64,000 bases of DNA from Spirochaetia bacterium (GTDB lineage: Bacteria > Spirochaetota > Spirochaetia > SZUA-6 > Bin103). Position numbers and translations under genes: made by a program. Positions 1 through 8,814 of this stretch are shown in pieces. The DNA lies in contig OZ241863.1 in assembly GCA_965203055.1 (NCBI GenBank), positions 1,504,001-1,568,000 on the forward strand, read 5' to 3'. Position 1 is the stretch's first letter. Every line of letters begins with the position of its first letter. Below the pieces are notes generated by a model that saw only the letters and a program-made list of their open reading frames with translations, searched no databases and was not told the DNA's origin.

Positions 1-11
1 CCGCCGCCGGC

Positions 12-1370
12 GTGAACATGCTGCCCGTCACCATCCTGTTCGGCATCCTCGGGCTGGGGATCATGGTGTTCGTCCATGAGCTCGGCCACTTCCTGGCCGC
101 CAAGGCCAACGGCGTGGCGGTGGAAGTGTTCTCCCTCGGCTGGGGCCGCGCGCTGTGCGGCGTTCGCTACCGCGGCACGGTCTATCAGCTTTCCTGGTTC
201 CCGCTGGGCGGCTATTGCAAGATGAAGGGGGACGAGGGCTTGCGCGAGGCGTCGCGCGCCGGCAGCGGCGAGGTGGCCGCGGAACCGGGGTCGTTCTTCG
301 CGGCCAGCGCCTGGCGCCGCATCGTCATCATCCTTGCCGGGCCGCTGGCCAACCTTGCCTTCGCCATCCTGGTACTGAGCGCGATCTGGTGGATCGGGTT
401 CCGCATCGACAGCCCGGAGAGCCGCATCGTGCTGGCCTCCGAGTACACCCTCGACGCGGTGGCCGGCACCACGCCGGCGGACGCCGCGGGGCTGGTGACC
501 GGCGACCGCATCGTGCGCGTCGACGGCCGCGAGGTCGCCAACTTCCAGGAGCTGCGCGGGCGCATCGCCGCGGCCCCGGAGCGCACCCTGCAGCTTACCG
601 TGGAACGCGGCGGCGCGCTGCTCGCGCTTCCCATCACCCCGGAGCTGGACCCGGCGACGCTGGCCGGCCGCATCTGGGTGTACCCGTGGGTCGATCCGGT
701 GCTGGAGGTGACGCCGGGCAGCGCCGCAGCCGCCGCCGGATTGCGCTCCGGCGACCGCGTCACGGCGCTCGGCGGCAGCCCGGTGCGCCATTCCATCGAC
801 GTGGTGCAGGCGCTGCAGCAGAGCCCGGCGCGGGCCGTGTTCACCGTGGAGCGCTCCGGCGCCGAATGGGAAATCGAGTTGCCGCTGGCCGGCGGCCTGC
901 GCGATCCGGGGTTCGCGTTTCGGGTCCCCCCGTCGCGCTCGCCGCGGCTGACATTGGGTGAGTCCTTGGGGCGCGGCGCGGCGGACACCGGGCGTACCAT
1001 CGGCGCCGCGGTCGGCGGCTTTCGGCTGCTGTTTCGCGGCAACCCGCAACAGGCCGTAGCCGGGCCGCTGCGCATCACCTACGTGATGGGGCGCGCCGCT
1101 TCGGACGGCTTCGAGCGCGGCCTCGGCGTTGGCCTGGTGCAGTTCTTCAGGCTGCTGTGCCTGATCAGCACGGTGCTGTTCGTGATGAATCTGCTGCCGC
1201 TGCCGGCGCTCGACGGAGGCCACCTGGCGCTGTACCTGATCGAGCTGGTGCGCGGCAAGCCGCTGCGCCCGGCGATCGTCTACCGGATTCAGACGGTGGG
1301 CCTGCCGCTGCTGCTGTTCCTCGCCATCGCCGCCACCTTCAGCGACATCCTGTTCTTTGCGGGCCGCTAG
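12..1370 (+). CDS. rseP: RIP (site-2) metalloprotease with PDZ domains
   Basis: HELGH zinc motif, PLGGYCKM, two PDZ-like segments (AGLVTGDRI, AGLRSGDRV), NLLPLPALDGG motif. Confidence 0.93.
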   Translation: MNMLPVTILFGILGLGIMVFVHELGHFLAAKANGVAVEVFSLGWGRALCGVRYRGTVYQLSWFPLGGYCKMKGDEGLREASRAGSGEVAAEPGSFFAASAWRRIVIILAGPLANLAFAILVLSAIWWIGFRIDSPESRIVLASEYTLDAVAGTTPADAAGLVTGDRIVRVDGREVANFQELRGRIAAAPERTLQLTVERGGALLALPITPELDPATLAGRIWVYPWVDPVLEVTPGSAAAAAGLRSGDRVTALGGSPVRHSIDVVQALQQSPARAVFTVERSGAEWEIELPLAGGLRDPGFAFRVPPSRSPRLTLGESLGRGAADTGRTIGAAVGGFRLLFRGNPQQAVAGPLRITYVMGRAASDGFERGLGVGLVQFFRLLCLISTVLFVMNLLPLPALDGGHLALYLIELVRGKPLRPAIVYRIQTVGLPLLLFLAIAATFSDILFFAGR

Positions 1371-1374
1371 CGCC

Positions 1375-3504
1375 ATGCGCCCCCGGCGGCTCCGCCTGCC
1401 GCCCATCCTGGCCGCGTGGGCGTTGTTGACCGCGGCCGCCGCTATGCCGGCCGGCGCGGCCCCCGGGCCGCTGATCAACAGCGGTCACCGCGGGGCGATT
1501 ACCGACCTGGAATACGATGCCCGGCGCCGGCTGCTGTTCTCCGCCGGCGACGATGGTTCGGTGCGGGTCTGGGAGCATGGCAGCCAAACCATCGTCCAAC
1601 ACCTGTTCCTCGGCGTCCACCGGGTCGCGCGCATCGCGCTGCAGCCGGAAGGCACCCTGCTGGCGGCCGTGCTGCGCTCCGCCGCCGGCGACCATCTGCT
1701 GGAGGTGTGGGACTGGCGCTCGGGCCGGCGGCTGCATGGCCGCGCGCTGACCGAGCCGCCGCTGCACCTGGGCTTTACCAGCCGCGGCTCGGCGCTGGTC
1801 TATACCAGGGCGCAGCTCGACAGCGTAGTGTTCCTGGACGCCCGCAGCGGCCGCCCGCTGCCGCGCCTGCCGCCCGGCCTCGGGATCGTCTCGTTCGTCA
1901 CCACCTCCACCAACGAGCGCACCATCATGACCTACCAGCCCACCGGCAGAATTCGCTACTGGGACGCTGCCGGCGCCGGCCTGCAGGCCGAGGTGACCAC
2001 GCTGCCGGGGCTGGAGCAGATCGCCGTCAGCGCCGACAACACGCTGCTGGTGGCGCGCTCGGGCGGCGACATCGTAGCCATCGACGTGGTGACCGGGCAG
2101 GTACGGCGGCGCCTCACGCCGGCGCCGCCGGCGGTGTTCGCCGTATCGGACCTGCGGCCGCAACTCATTCTGCTGGAAACGGCGCCGGCGGCGGACGGCG
2201 GCGGAGTCCGGCTGCGGCGCATCCGCCTGGACCGCGGCCTGACCGGCGACCGCGGCGCGGCCCTGGAGCTGACCGGTGCGGTGAGTGTCATCGCGGCCGC
2301 CGACTACTCGGTGTTCATGGCGCAACCGGGCGGCATTGCCGAGTACCGTTCCGGCGCGGTGCGGACCTTCGCCCGCGACGAGCTCCTGCCGGAGGCGCAA
2401 CTGGCGATTGCCGGCGATACCCTGGTGGTGGCCGCCGGAGCGCGCCTCGCCCTGTTCCGTACCGCCTTGCCGGCCGCCCCGCCGGGCGGCCGCGCGACCG
2501 CGGGCACCCCGCCGCTGCCGCGGGTGCTCAGCCGGCAGCAGGTGCCCAATCCGCTCCCGGCGCCGGTGGGGCTGACCGTGGCCGCGCCCGGGGCCGTGCT
2601 GCTGTGGAACCGGGAAGGGGAGGCCGGCGCGCTGGGAACGCTGGACCCCGCCACCGGCGCGTTCCAGCTTCGCCTCACCGGCCTGCCGGCGCCGCTGGCG
2701 CAGGTGAGCGTCCTCGAGCGGCGCCTGCTCCTGCTCGACCGCGCCGGCGAACTACGGCTGTACTCCCTGGCGCAGGTGCTCGGCGCCGACCCCGACCGGC
2801 CGCCGGAGCCGGAGCAACGGTTCCGGCTGCCCGGCGCCAACAAGGCCGCCGGCAGCGATCGGCGCCTCGTCGTCGGGCGCAGCGGCGCGCCGGCCGGCGC
2901 CGCTCCGCTGCTGCGGATCGATACCGCCACCGCCGAGACCATCCTCCTGCCGGACGAGGCGCTGCTCATCTACGACGTCGCCCAACATGCGGCCGGCGAT
3001 CTGTTCACCCTCGGGGTGGAGTCCGCGCCGGCCGGTTCCGGGCCGGCGCCGGCGCGTACCGTGCTGAAGCGCCGCACCGGCGGCAACCTGATTCGACAGT
3101 ACGTGCTCGACACCTATGCCGGCGAAGATCTGTTCGCCGCATTGGCCGCGGCGCCGGATGGGAGGCGCGTGTATTCGTCGCTGGGCCAGGACACGGTGCG
3201 GGTGTGGGACGGCCGGCGCCTGCAGGAATTGGAGCGTTCCGGTCACCGCCCGCGGCGGCTGGCGGTAGCCGGCGGCGTGCTGGTGGCGCACAATGCCGAC
3301 GGCACGTTCACGGTCTGGGACCGTGCGACGCGCGCGGTGCTGTTCGACCTGTACCTGTTCCGTGACTTCGAATGGTTGGTGGTGGAGCAGAGCGGCCGTT
3401 ACGCTCACTCCTCCGGCGCGTGGCGCTACCTCAGCGACAGCGCGCGCCGCTTGAGCGCGGCCGCGCCGGCCGCCGCCGGCTCACTGGCTCTGGCGCGAGA
3501 GTGA
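1375..3504 (+). CDS. Exported WD40/beta-propeller repeat protein
   Basis: Signal-peptide-like N-terminus; GH...LFSAGDDGSVRVWE and further VRVWD/FTVWD repeats; ATG at 1375 just after the rseP stop. Confidence 0.8.
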   Translation: MRPRRLRLPPILAAWALLTAAAAMPAGAAPGPLINSGHRGAITDLEYDARRRLLFSAGDDGSVRVWEHGSQTIVQHLFLGVHRVARIALQPEGTLLAAVLRSAAGDHLLEVWDWRSGRRLHGRALTEPPLHLGFTSRGSALVYTRAQLDSVVFLDARSGRPLPRLPPGLGIVSFVTTSTNERTIMTYQPTGRIRYWDAAGAGLQAEVTTLPGLEQIAVSADNTLLVARSGGDIVAIDVVTGQVRRRLTPAPPAVFAVSDLRPQLILLETAPAADGGGVRLRRIRLDRGLTGDRGAALELTGAVSVIAAADYSVFMAQPGGIAEYRSGAVRTFARDELLPEAQLAIAGDTLVVAAGARLALFRTALPAAPPGGRATAGTPPLPRVLSRQQVPNPLPAPVGLTVAAPGAVLLWNREGEAGALGTLDPATGAFQLRLTGLPAPLAQVSVLERRLLLLDRAGELRLYSLAQVLGADPDRPPEPEQRFRLPGANKAAGSDRRLVVGRSGAPAGAAPLLRIDTATAETILLPDEALLIYDVAQHAAGDLFTLGVESAPAGSGPAPARTVLKRRTGGNLIRQYVLDTYAGEDLFAALAAAPDGRRVYSSLGQDTVRVWDGRRLQELERSGHRPRRLAVAGGVLVAHNADGTFTVWDRATRAVLFDLYLFRDFEWLVVEQSGRYAHSSGAWRYLSDSARRLSAAAPAAAGSLALARE

Positions 3505-4842
3505 CTCGAACTTGGTGTATTCGGGAATGAAGGCCAGATTGATCTTGCCGACGGGACCGTTGCGCTGCTTGGCCACGATCAGGTCAGTCTCCACGTCGTT
3601 CAGGTTCTCGTCGGTGCCGCGCTCGCGGTGCAGGAACATCACCACGTCGGCATCCTGCTCGATGGAGCCTGACTCGCGCAGATCGGCCAGCGTCGGCAGC
3701 TTCCCCTCGGTCTCGCGCCGTACCTGAGACAGGGCCAGCACCGGCACGTCCAGCTCCCGCGCCAGCGCCTTCAACGAGCGGCTGATCTCGGCGATCTGCT
3801 CGTGCCGCGCCAACTCATGGTGCTCCGAGGTGATCAAGGTCAGGTAGTCGATGAAGATGATCTCGACGTTGTGGTTGGACCGCATGCGCCGCGCCTGGGC
3901 GCGCAGATCGAGCAGCTTGAGGTTGGGCGAGTCTTCGATGAACAGCGGGGCGTCGTAGATGCGGCCGGCGGCGTCGGTGATCTTGTGAAAGTCCGATGGC
4001 CGCAGCAGACCGGAGCGGATGCGGTTCGAGTCCAGCCGCGCTTCGCTGGCGAGCAGCCGCTGCATCAGCGCGACGGCTGACATCTCCAACGTAAAGAAGC
4101 CCACCGGCCGCTTCTGCTGCACGGCGATGTTGGCCGCCATGGTCAGCGCCAGCGCGGTCTTGCCGACCGACGGCCGCGCGCCGATGACCACGAACTCGGA
4201 GTCCTGGAACCCGCTGGTCAAGTTGTCGAGGTCCGGGAAGCCGCTGGGAATGCCGGTATAGCTGCCGCTGGAGTGATAGAGCTTCTCGATCGCCGTCACG
4301 GTCTGGGCGATCACCTCCCGCGCCAGGCGGAACGCGCCGCTCTGCTGGCGGTCGGTGATCTCGAAGATGCGCCGCTCCGCTTCCTCGATGATGTAGCGCA
4401 CCTCCTGGGTGTCGTCATACGAGTCGGCGATGATGGAGGCCGCGATGCGCTGCAGCTCGCGGCGCATGCTCAACGCCTGGACGATCCGCGCGTAGTACTC
4501 GACGTTGGCGCTGGTGGGAACCGCGGAAGTGAGCCGGGAGATCTGGGCGGTGCCGCCGCAGGCCTCCAACTCGCCGGCGCGGCCCAGTTCATCGCACAGC
4601 GTAATCAGGTCTACCGCTTCATTGCGGTCGAACAACGCGAGGATCGCTTCATAGATCTTGCGGTGGGCGGCGCGGTAGAAGTCGTCGGCGCGCAGATAGC
4701 GCAATACCGTGGACAGGGCTTCCGGGTCGAGCAGCAGCGCCCCCAGAGTGGCCACCTCGGCGTCGAGGTTGTGCGGCGGTACGGAATCCCGCAGCGGCGC
4801 CGCTGTCGGTGGTGCGGCCGGCAGCGCCGCAATACGAGCCAC
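3481..4842 (-). CDS. dnaB: Replicative DNA helicase
   Basis: PPHNLDAE N-terminus, GARPSVGKT Walker A, IFIDYL, LRESGSIEQDAD, KQRNGP. Confidence 0.97.
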   Translation of the reverse strand: MARIAALPAAPPTAAPLRDSVPPHNLDAEVATLGALLLDPEALSTVLRYLRADDFYRAAHRKIYEAILALFDRNEAVDLITLCDELGRAGELEACGGTAQISRLTSAVPTSANVEYYARIVQALSMRRELQRIAASIIADSYDDTQEVRYIIEEAERRIFEITDRQQSGAFRLAREVIAQTVTAIEKLYHSSGSYTGIPSGFPDLDNLTSGFQDSEFVVIGARPSVGKTALALTMAANIAVQQKRPVGFFTLEMSAVALMQRLLASEARLDSNRIRSGLLRPSDFHKITDAAGRIYDAPLFIEDSPNLKLLDLRAQARRMRSNHNVEIIFIDYLTLITSEHHELARHEQIAEISRSLKALARELDVPVLALSQVRRETEGKLPTLADLRESGSIEQDADVVMFLHRERGTDENLNDVETDLIVAKQRNGPVGKINLAFIPEYTKFESLSRQSQ

Positions 4843-4847
4843 CGCGG

Positions 4848-5300
4848 TCAGTCGGCGTCGGACTCGATGGTCACCTTGACGTTGGCGGCCTGATTCTCGT
4901 ACAGGCGGACGCGCACGGTGTGCTCGCCGACCATCTTGAGCGAGTGGTCGGGAACCTCGATGCGCCGGCGGTCGAGTTCGAAGCCGCGCCGCTCCAACTC
5001 CGCGGCGATTGCGACGCTGGTAATGGAGCCGAACAGCTTGCCACTCACCCCGGCGGTCATGCGAAAGGTGAGTTCCTCCGCCTCCAGCCGTTCGCGCAAT
5101 CCCGCGGCGCCGACCCGCTTCTCTTCCTTGCGCCGCTCGATTGCCTCGCGGCGGTGCTCCAGCAGGGTTATCGCGTGGTCGCTGAACGGCAGCGCCGCCC
5201 GCTTGCGGAACAGGAAGTTGCGCGCGTAGCCGGCGGCCACGTCGCAGACGTCGCCCTCTTCGCCAAGACCCAGCACGTCCTGTTGCAAAATCACCTTCAT
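4848..5300 (-). CDS. rplI: 50S ribosomal protein L9
   Basis: MKVILQQDV.GLG..GD...VAAGYARNFL, GKLFGSIT. Confidence 0.97.
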   Translation of the reverse strand: MKVILQQDVLGLGEEGDVCDVAAGYARNFLFRKRAALPFSDHAITLLEHRREAIERRKEEKRVGAAGLRERLEAEELTFRMTAGVSGKLFGSITSVAIAAELERRGFELDRRRIEVPDHSLKMVGEHTVRVRLYENQAANVKVTIESDAD

Positions 5301-5327
5301 GGTTCTCTCCTCACACGTGGTACGCTC

Positions 5328-6338
5328 TCAGGCAGCGTTGGTCCGGCGCTCCGGCGGCGGGCGCTTGAAGTCCACCCAGGTCTCCGAGATTCCCAGGAGC
5401 GGCAGCCCGAACACCGGTACGAACGTCAGCACCGGCCGAAACAGCATGAACACCAGGGCGATGCCGATCATCACCCGCATCGGACCGGGTACGTTATAGC
5501 GCCGATAGAGCCACTGCAAGACCCCGATGCCCTGCAGGGTGAACAGGAACAGAAACACCGAGAATACGTTCCAGCCGGCGTAGCGCAGCGGTCCGATCTC
5601 GCCCAGCACGGCATCGCCCAGTACCGCGGCGCCGCTCGACAGGATCGCCCAGATACACCATGGCTCCAGGCGGAAGGCAACCAGCCGCCCGACCGGCGAG
5701 CGCATGCCCATGCTGCGCGCCCCCCAGAGCGAGCCGAGCCACCATGCCGTCACCAGGTACACCAGATACAGGAACATGACGCCGCGCAACAGCACCTCGC
5801 CGATGGTGTCGGCAAACAGGTCCACCGCCGCGGCGGTGGGCGGCGGCGCGTCCAGCGCCGCGGAGGGGTTGAGACTCACGCGCAGCAGCGGCTGATCGGC
5901 AATGTAGGCGCGCATGGCCGGGGCGAATTCAGGGTCGCTCAGCAGGCCGCCGACGAAGGGGACGGCAACCAAGCCCGCGGCCCCGGTGACGATCATGATG
6001 CGCAGCAGGTGCCGGTAGGGGAGGACCCGAGGTTCGTTTACCAGCCACAGGCCGCCGAGCAATGCCGCCGACAGGAACAACTGGATGTTGTGGAGATAGC
6101 CTTCGGCCGCCGTCAGATCGGCGCGCGCCCCGCTGGTGGCCAGCTCGACCAGGGCCGCCAGCATGACGAGCAGGAGCACGCCATAGCCGAAGGCGCTGCG
6201 CCCGCGGCGCACCGCCAGCACCTGCAGCGGAATCAGAAACAGAAACACGCCGGGCGCCAGCAGATGGAGCGCCAGGCTCACGGCGGCGAATACGCCGGTC
6301 TCGATCCAGATCCGGTTGGGGAAACCCCGGTTGTTCAT
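5328..6338 (-). CDS. Polytopic membrane protein, DUF2232/YybS-like
   Basis: Many hydrophobic segments, LQGIGV and LGISETWVDF near the C-terminus; position between rpsR and rplI. Confidence 0.7.
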   Translation of the reverse strand: MNNRGFPNRIWIETGVFAAVSLALHLLAPGVFLFLIPLQVLAVRRGRSAFGYGVLLLVMLAALVELATSGARADLTAAEGYLHNIQLFLSAALLGGLWLVNEPRVLPYRHLLRIMIVTGAAGLVAVPFVGGLLSDPEFAPAMRAYIADQPLLRVSLNPSAALDAPPPTAAAVDLFADTIGEVLLRGVMFLYLVYLVTAWWLGSLWGARSMGMRSPVGRLVAFRLEPWCIWAILSSGAAVLGDAVLGEIGPLRYAGWNVFSVFLFLFTLQGIGVLQWLYRRYNVPGPMRVMIGIALVFMLFRPVLTFVPVFGLPLLGISETWVDFKRPPPERRTNAA

Positions 6339-6380
6339 GCTGGCGCCGGGCGGCGGTGCAACTTCCTGAAAGCGGCGGCT

Positions 6381-6812
6381 CTACTGCGCCGTGAACGGCA
6401 GCAGCGCCAGCGCGCGGGCGCGCTTGACCGCCGCCGACAGTTTGCGCTGGCACTTGGCACAATTCCCGGTGACGCGGCGCGGCAGGATCTTGCCGCGGTC
6501 GGTGATGTACCGGCGCAAGGTATCGATCTCCTTGTAATCGATGATTGCCTTGCCGGGCCTGCTGCGCGCGCAGAACTTGCAGAACTTCTTGCGGTAGAAC
6601 GGCCGTCCCTGGCGGGTCCGGCCGCGCCCGTCGCGGCGGTCGCCGGGCGGGCCGTCGCGCCGCTCGCGCCCGCCGCCGGCATATGCTCCCGCGCCGCGCG
6701 GCGCGGGAGCGGAGTCGACGCCCTCGCGGCGGGCGCCGGAAACGGCCTCCGGCGCATCCGCCGCCACTTCGGTGGGCGGCGGAGCCGGATCGGCTGGGGT
6801 GGTGTCAGACAT
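6381..6812 (-). CDS. rpsR: 30S ribosomal protein S18 (four-Cys form, long N-terminal extension)
   Basis: CKFC...IDYK...[25 protein letters not shown]...[12 protein letters not shown]. Confidence 0.95.
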   Translation of the reverse strand: MSDTTPADPAPPPTEVAADAPEAVSGARREGVDSAPAPRGAGAYAGGGRERRDGPPGDRRDGRGRTRQGRPFYRKKFCKFCARSRPGKAIIDYKEIDTLRRYITDRGKILPRRVTGNCAKCQRKLSAAVKRARALALLPFTAQ

Positions 6813-6833
6813 GGAGTACGTATCCTTTGGGCA

Positions 6834-7292
6834 CTAGAACGGAATGTCGTCGTCGAACTCGTCGGCCGGCGGGATGCCTCCGGCACGGGCCGGCGGAGGG
6901 CCGGACGGAGGGCCGGACGGACGGCTGGGGGGAGGCGCGCCGGGCTCCTCGCGCGGCGCCCCGTCGTTGCGCCCGCCGAGCAACTGAAGGTTGCTGACCG
7001 AAATCTCCACGATGCTGCGGGTGCGCCCTTCCTGCTCCCAGCGTCGCTGCCGGAGCTGACCTTCGATCCCGACCTGCTTGCCCTTGACCAGATACTGATT
7101 GAGCACCTCGGCGGTCCGGCCCCACACCACGCAATCGAAGAAATGCGCCTCATCGACCCACTGGTCATCGCGCCGGCGCCGCTGATTCACCGCCAGCCCG
7201 ATGTTGGATACCGCCTGCCCCGAATTGGTGTACTTCAGCTCCGCATCCCGGGTGAGGCGGCCCACCAGGGTGACGTGATTGATGTCGGCCAT
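6834..7292 (-). CDS. ssb: Single-stranded DNA-binding protein
   Basis: NHVTLVGRLTRDAE, KGKQVGIEGQL, acidic DDIPF C-terminus. Confidence 0.97.
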   Translation of the reverse strand: MADINHVTLVGRLTRDAELKYTNSGQAVSNIGLAVNQRRRRDDQWVDEAHFFDCVVWGRTAEVLNQYLVKGKQVGIEGQLRQRRWEQEGRTRSIVEISVSNLQLLGGRNDGAPREEPGAPPPSRPSGPPSGPPPARAGGIPPADEFDDDIPF

Positions 7293-7298
7293 GCTCAG

Positions 7299-7739
7299 CT
7301 ACCTGCCTTGCGCCCTGCGGACGGCTTCGCCGCCGGCGGCTCCCGCCGCCAGCGGTTCCCGCCGCTGAGGCGGGTCCTGCCGCTGAGGCGGGTCCTGCCG
7401 CTGAGGCGGGTCCTGCCTCACTCGCGGTTCCCGTCGCGCGAGCGGGTCCTGCCGCGCGAGCGGGTCTCGCCGCACGATGAAGCACTTCAGCACCTCGGGC
7501 AGCAGACCGGCGGCCTGATAGATGCCCTGAACGCTTTGTGGATCGGTCTCGATCTCGTACCGGGTGTAGTGTCCCCGATCCTGCTTGGCGATCGGGTAAG
7601 CGAGCGCTCGCTCACCCACGTCATCTTCGCCGCTGATCCGCGTTGCGGCCCGGGCGAAGATCTCCTGTACGGCCTGTTTGCCGCGTTCCGTTGCCTCGGC
7701 CTCGGGGCGAAACACGAACGTGGCTTCGTATGACGTCAA
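7299..7739 (-). CDS. rpsF: 30S ribosomal protein S6 with a repetitive C-terminal tail
   Basis: YE..FVFRP, G.RALAYPIAK...GHY; probable TTG start at 7739 with GGAG 6 nt upstream; first gene of rpsF-ssb-rpsR. Confidence 0.9.
   Translation of the reverse strand: MTSYEATFVFRPEAEATERGKQAVQEIFARAATRISGEDDVGERALAYPIAKQDRGHYTRYEIETDPQSVQGIYQAAGLLPEVLKCFIVRRDPLARQDPLARREPRVRQDPPQRQDPPQRQDPPQRREPLAAGAAGGEAVRRAQGR
7343..7468. repeat. 18-bp tandem repeat (~7 units, 3 perfect) inside the rpsF 3' end
   Basis: GCCGCTGAGGCGGGTCCT x3 at 7361-7414 plus degenerate flanking units; encodes RRDPLA RQDPLA RREPRV RQDPPQ RQDPPQ RQDPPQ RREPLA. Confidence 0.9.
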
Positions 7740-7773
7740 ATAGCGCTCCAAACTTGCATGTTATTGCTCCTAT

Positions 7774-7801
7774 AATCTAGCGGCGCCGCGCCAAATGTCA
7801 A
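7774..7801 (-). promoter_or_regulatory. Sigma70-type promoter of the rpsF operon
   Basis: Minus strand TTGACA-16 nt-TAGATT in an AT-rich patch upstream of rpsF. Confidence 0.6.
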
Positions 7802-7841
7802 CCGCCCGCCGCGGCCGCCGGCGGCGCGCCGGGCGCGCGGA

Positions 7842-8555
7842 TTACCGGAGCAGCAGCGGGCGGTCGCTACGCGGCGCGAACTTCCGTTCCCGGGGCGAAT
7901 AGGGCAGTGCCAGCCGAGTCAGGTCGAGCTGCGCGTCCACCACCTGCCAGCCGCCGGCGCCCGCTTCGAGATAGATTTCGCCGGCCACCCGTCCCGGCTC
8001 CCCGAACAGACGGATGGCGGCGTGCGCCTCGCGCTCCGCCACGGTCACCGCTCCAATCCGCGCCGCGTGCGGCACGGCGCCCGCGTCCAGGTGGTACTGC
8101 AATGAGCGTCGGAGGCTGCGCAGCCGGTCCGGCGCGACGGCCGCGGCCGCGATTTCGCCCTCGGCCAGCGCGCGCAGAAAGGTGACCAGCGCGGCGGTGA
8201 CCGCGCCCGCCGGCTCGTCCGGGGCGATCAGGTCCTGCAACGGTCCGATGGCGTAATCCTGCGGCATGACGCGCTTCCCGCGCGGGTAGAGCAGGCGCCG
8301 GGCGCTGGCGCGGGAAACGGCCGGCAAGGCGGCCGTTTCCCCGTCCGCCGCCGGCGCAGTATCCGGCGAATCGGCAGCCGCGGCGCTCGGGTCGCCCGCC
8401 GCGGCCGCCGGCGGGGACTCCGCGGCGCCGGCGGCGGGGGGCTGCTCGTCGGCGCAGCCGAGCAGCAGCGCCGCGCCCAGGAGGGCGGCAAGCGCGCCGG
8501 CGGCGCGCGCCCGCGCCCGCCGCCAATCAGTAGTGCTCCGAGAACACCCGCGCAC
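7842..8555 (-). CDS. Hypothetical lipoprotein (start uncertain)
   Basis: Basic N-region, hydrophobic stretch and LLLGC lipobox, then an Ala/Pro linker and a globular domain; nearest in-frame GTG is at 8555. Confidence 0.6.
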   Translation of the reverse strand: MRGCSRSTTDWRRARARAAGALAALLGAALLLGCADEQPPAAGAAESPPAAAAGDPSAAAADSPDTAPAADGETAALPAVSRASARRLLYPRGKRVMPQDYAIGPLQDLIAPDEPAGAVTAALVTFLRALAEGEIAAAAVAPDRLRSLRRSLQYHLDAGAVPHAARIGAVTVAEREAHAAIRLFGEPGRVAGEIYLEAGAGGWQVVDAQLDLTRLALPYSPRERKFAPRSDRPLLLR

Positions 8556-8814
8556 TACGGATCGGGAAGGCGGAGTTTTCCTCCGCGAAGGAAATGATCT
8601 TGTGCAGTACGGCCTCGCCGAAGGTATGCGAGTTGGAGACCACCGCGCAGCCGATCTCCGCGGTATGCCACAGCTCATTGGCGCCGACCTCGGCTACCGA
8701 TACCTTGTACTTGCTGCGGATGCGGTCCTTCAGCGAGCCGATCGCGCGCCGCTTCTCCTTGAGCGAGCGCACGCCGGGCAGATCGATCCCCAACTGCAGC
8801 ATCGACACCACCAT
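8527..8814 (-). CDS. DUF503 (YlxP-like) small protein
   Basis: MVV...L.LPGVRSLKEKRR...SLKDRIRSKYKVSVAEV pattern; C-terminal part of ORF 8527..9453. Confidence 0.85.
   Translation of the reverse strand: MVVSMLQLGIDLPGVRSLKEKRRAIGSLKDRIRSKYKVSVAEVGANELWHTAEIGCAVVSNSHTFGEAVLHKIISFAEENSAFPIRSARVFSEHY

Noticed and set aside
7343..7468. CRISPR array
   Set aside because: Contiguous 18-bp units with no spacers, in frame within rpsF; no cas genes seen
4809..7733. Long alternative-frame ORFs (e.g. 4809..7733, 36175..38154 N-part, 54029..57178)
   Set aside because: Arg/Ala/Gly-rich shadows of recognisable opposite-strand genes, expected at this GC content
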